From the NCBI GenBank assembly GCA_963514005.1, contig OY740802.1, positions 36,208,001-36,272,000 of the forward strand: a DNA stretch of 64,000 nt, read 5' to 3'. The position numbers were made by a program, and so were the translations under genes. The DNA comes from Raja brachyura (lineage: Eukaryota). Within the stretch, counting starts at the first letter, position 1. Every line of letters starts with the position of its first letter. The notes below the pieces were generated by a model. That model was not told the origin of the DNA. It was given only the letters and a program-made list of their open reading frames with translations, and made no database searches. Below are positions 63,391-64,000 of this stretch, in pieces.

Positions 63391-64000
63391 GTAGTATTTG
63401 AAATGTGGTCAAAACTAAAACTTTATATTTTGCTTGGGCTAAACCTGACTGCATTCATATTTGATGTCCCACTGAAGCTTTGTTGAATTGTGAACAGTAT
63501 CAACAATCACATTTTCTTTTTCAAAATATTGTCTCTGATGCCACACCACCTCTATGGTCAACTCAACTTTTCTCAACCATTAACCTACACTTTTGTTGGC
63601 AGAAAAGTATCAATGCATTGGGTCACAAGGTTGTGACCCTTTATGTTGAGTGCAAGATAACAATGCGATTTAACAACAGGAGCTCATAGGTCATGAATCC
63701 CGAGTTGCAAACAGGATAGCTGGAATAAGGTCACCGAGAGACGGGGGTCCGAGGTCTCCAGGGCATATTATGCGTGGAGCTGGTTCGGGAATCACGTATG
63801 CTGGGGCAGGAGTCCAAACAGGATTGTATATCCGGTTTACTGAAAAAGGAGGAAAACAAAACGAGGAAAGCGGCAATTACATACCTAGTTAGAGAAAAGA
63901 TGTGCGAGGGGTAGCATCAACATTTCAGATAATCTAGCAGAATAGGAAAGGGTCGCTAATTTTACACGGTTACAATCGGAGGCAAGGTAATTGTATTTTG

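Noticed and set aside
34877-64000. Upstream BCL2L1 coding exon (BH4-BH3-BH1)
   Set aside because: No NWGR/BH1 or GGW|gt exon was found by eye or in the ORF track; it is presumed to lie beyond the window.

Overview
Vertebrate nuclear DNA, most likely from a cartilaginous fish (skate/ray); the taxon is inferred from the repeat families (HE1-type V-SINEs, CR1 LINEs with TTTCTATG tails, Penelope-derived foldbacks). Two host genes are supported. (1) A complete COX4I2 on +: CpG-island promoter and non-coding exon 1 at about 12.6-13.1 kb, and coding exons 14549-14639, 16605-16769, 20756-20887 and 32627-32763, giving 174 aa with all GT-AG introns. (2) The last coding exon of BCL2L1 (Bcl-xL) on - (34736-34876), convergent with COX4I2 as in mammals; its large upstream intron appears to run off the right edge of the window. 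The rest is largely nested transposable elements: a full-length but decayed DIRS-type tyrosine-recombinase retrotransposon with intact ITR/ICR ends and a methyltransferase-like domain (4561-10590, interrupted by a young CR1); an internally deleted Gmr1-like Gypsy LTR element (21390-25018); Rex1/Babar and CR1 LINEs; PIF/Harbinger, hAT and Helitron-like non-autonomous elements; and about 20 Penelope-derived foldback insertions, several with 14-15 bp TSDs, carrying a hammerhead-ribozyme-like core. Most short ORFs in the supplied track are TE fragments or spurious. Boundaries of old repeats are approximate.
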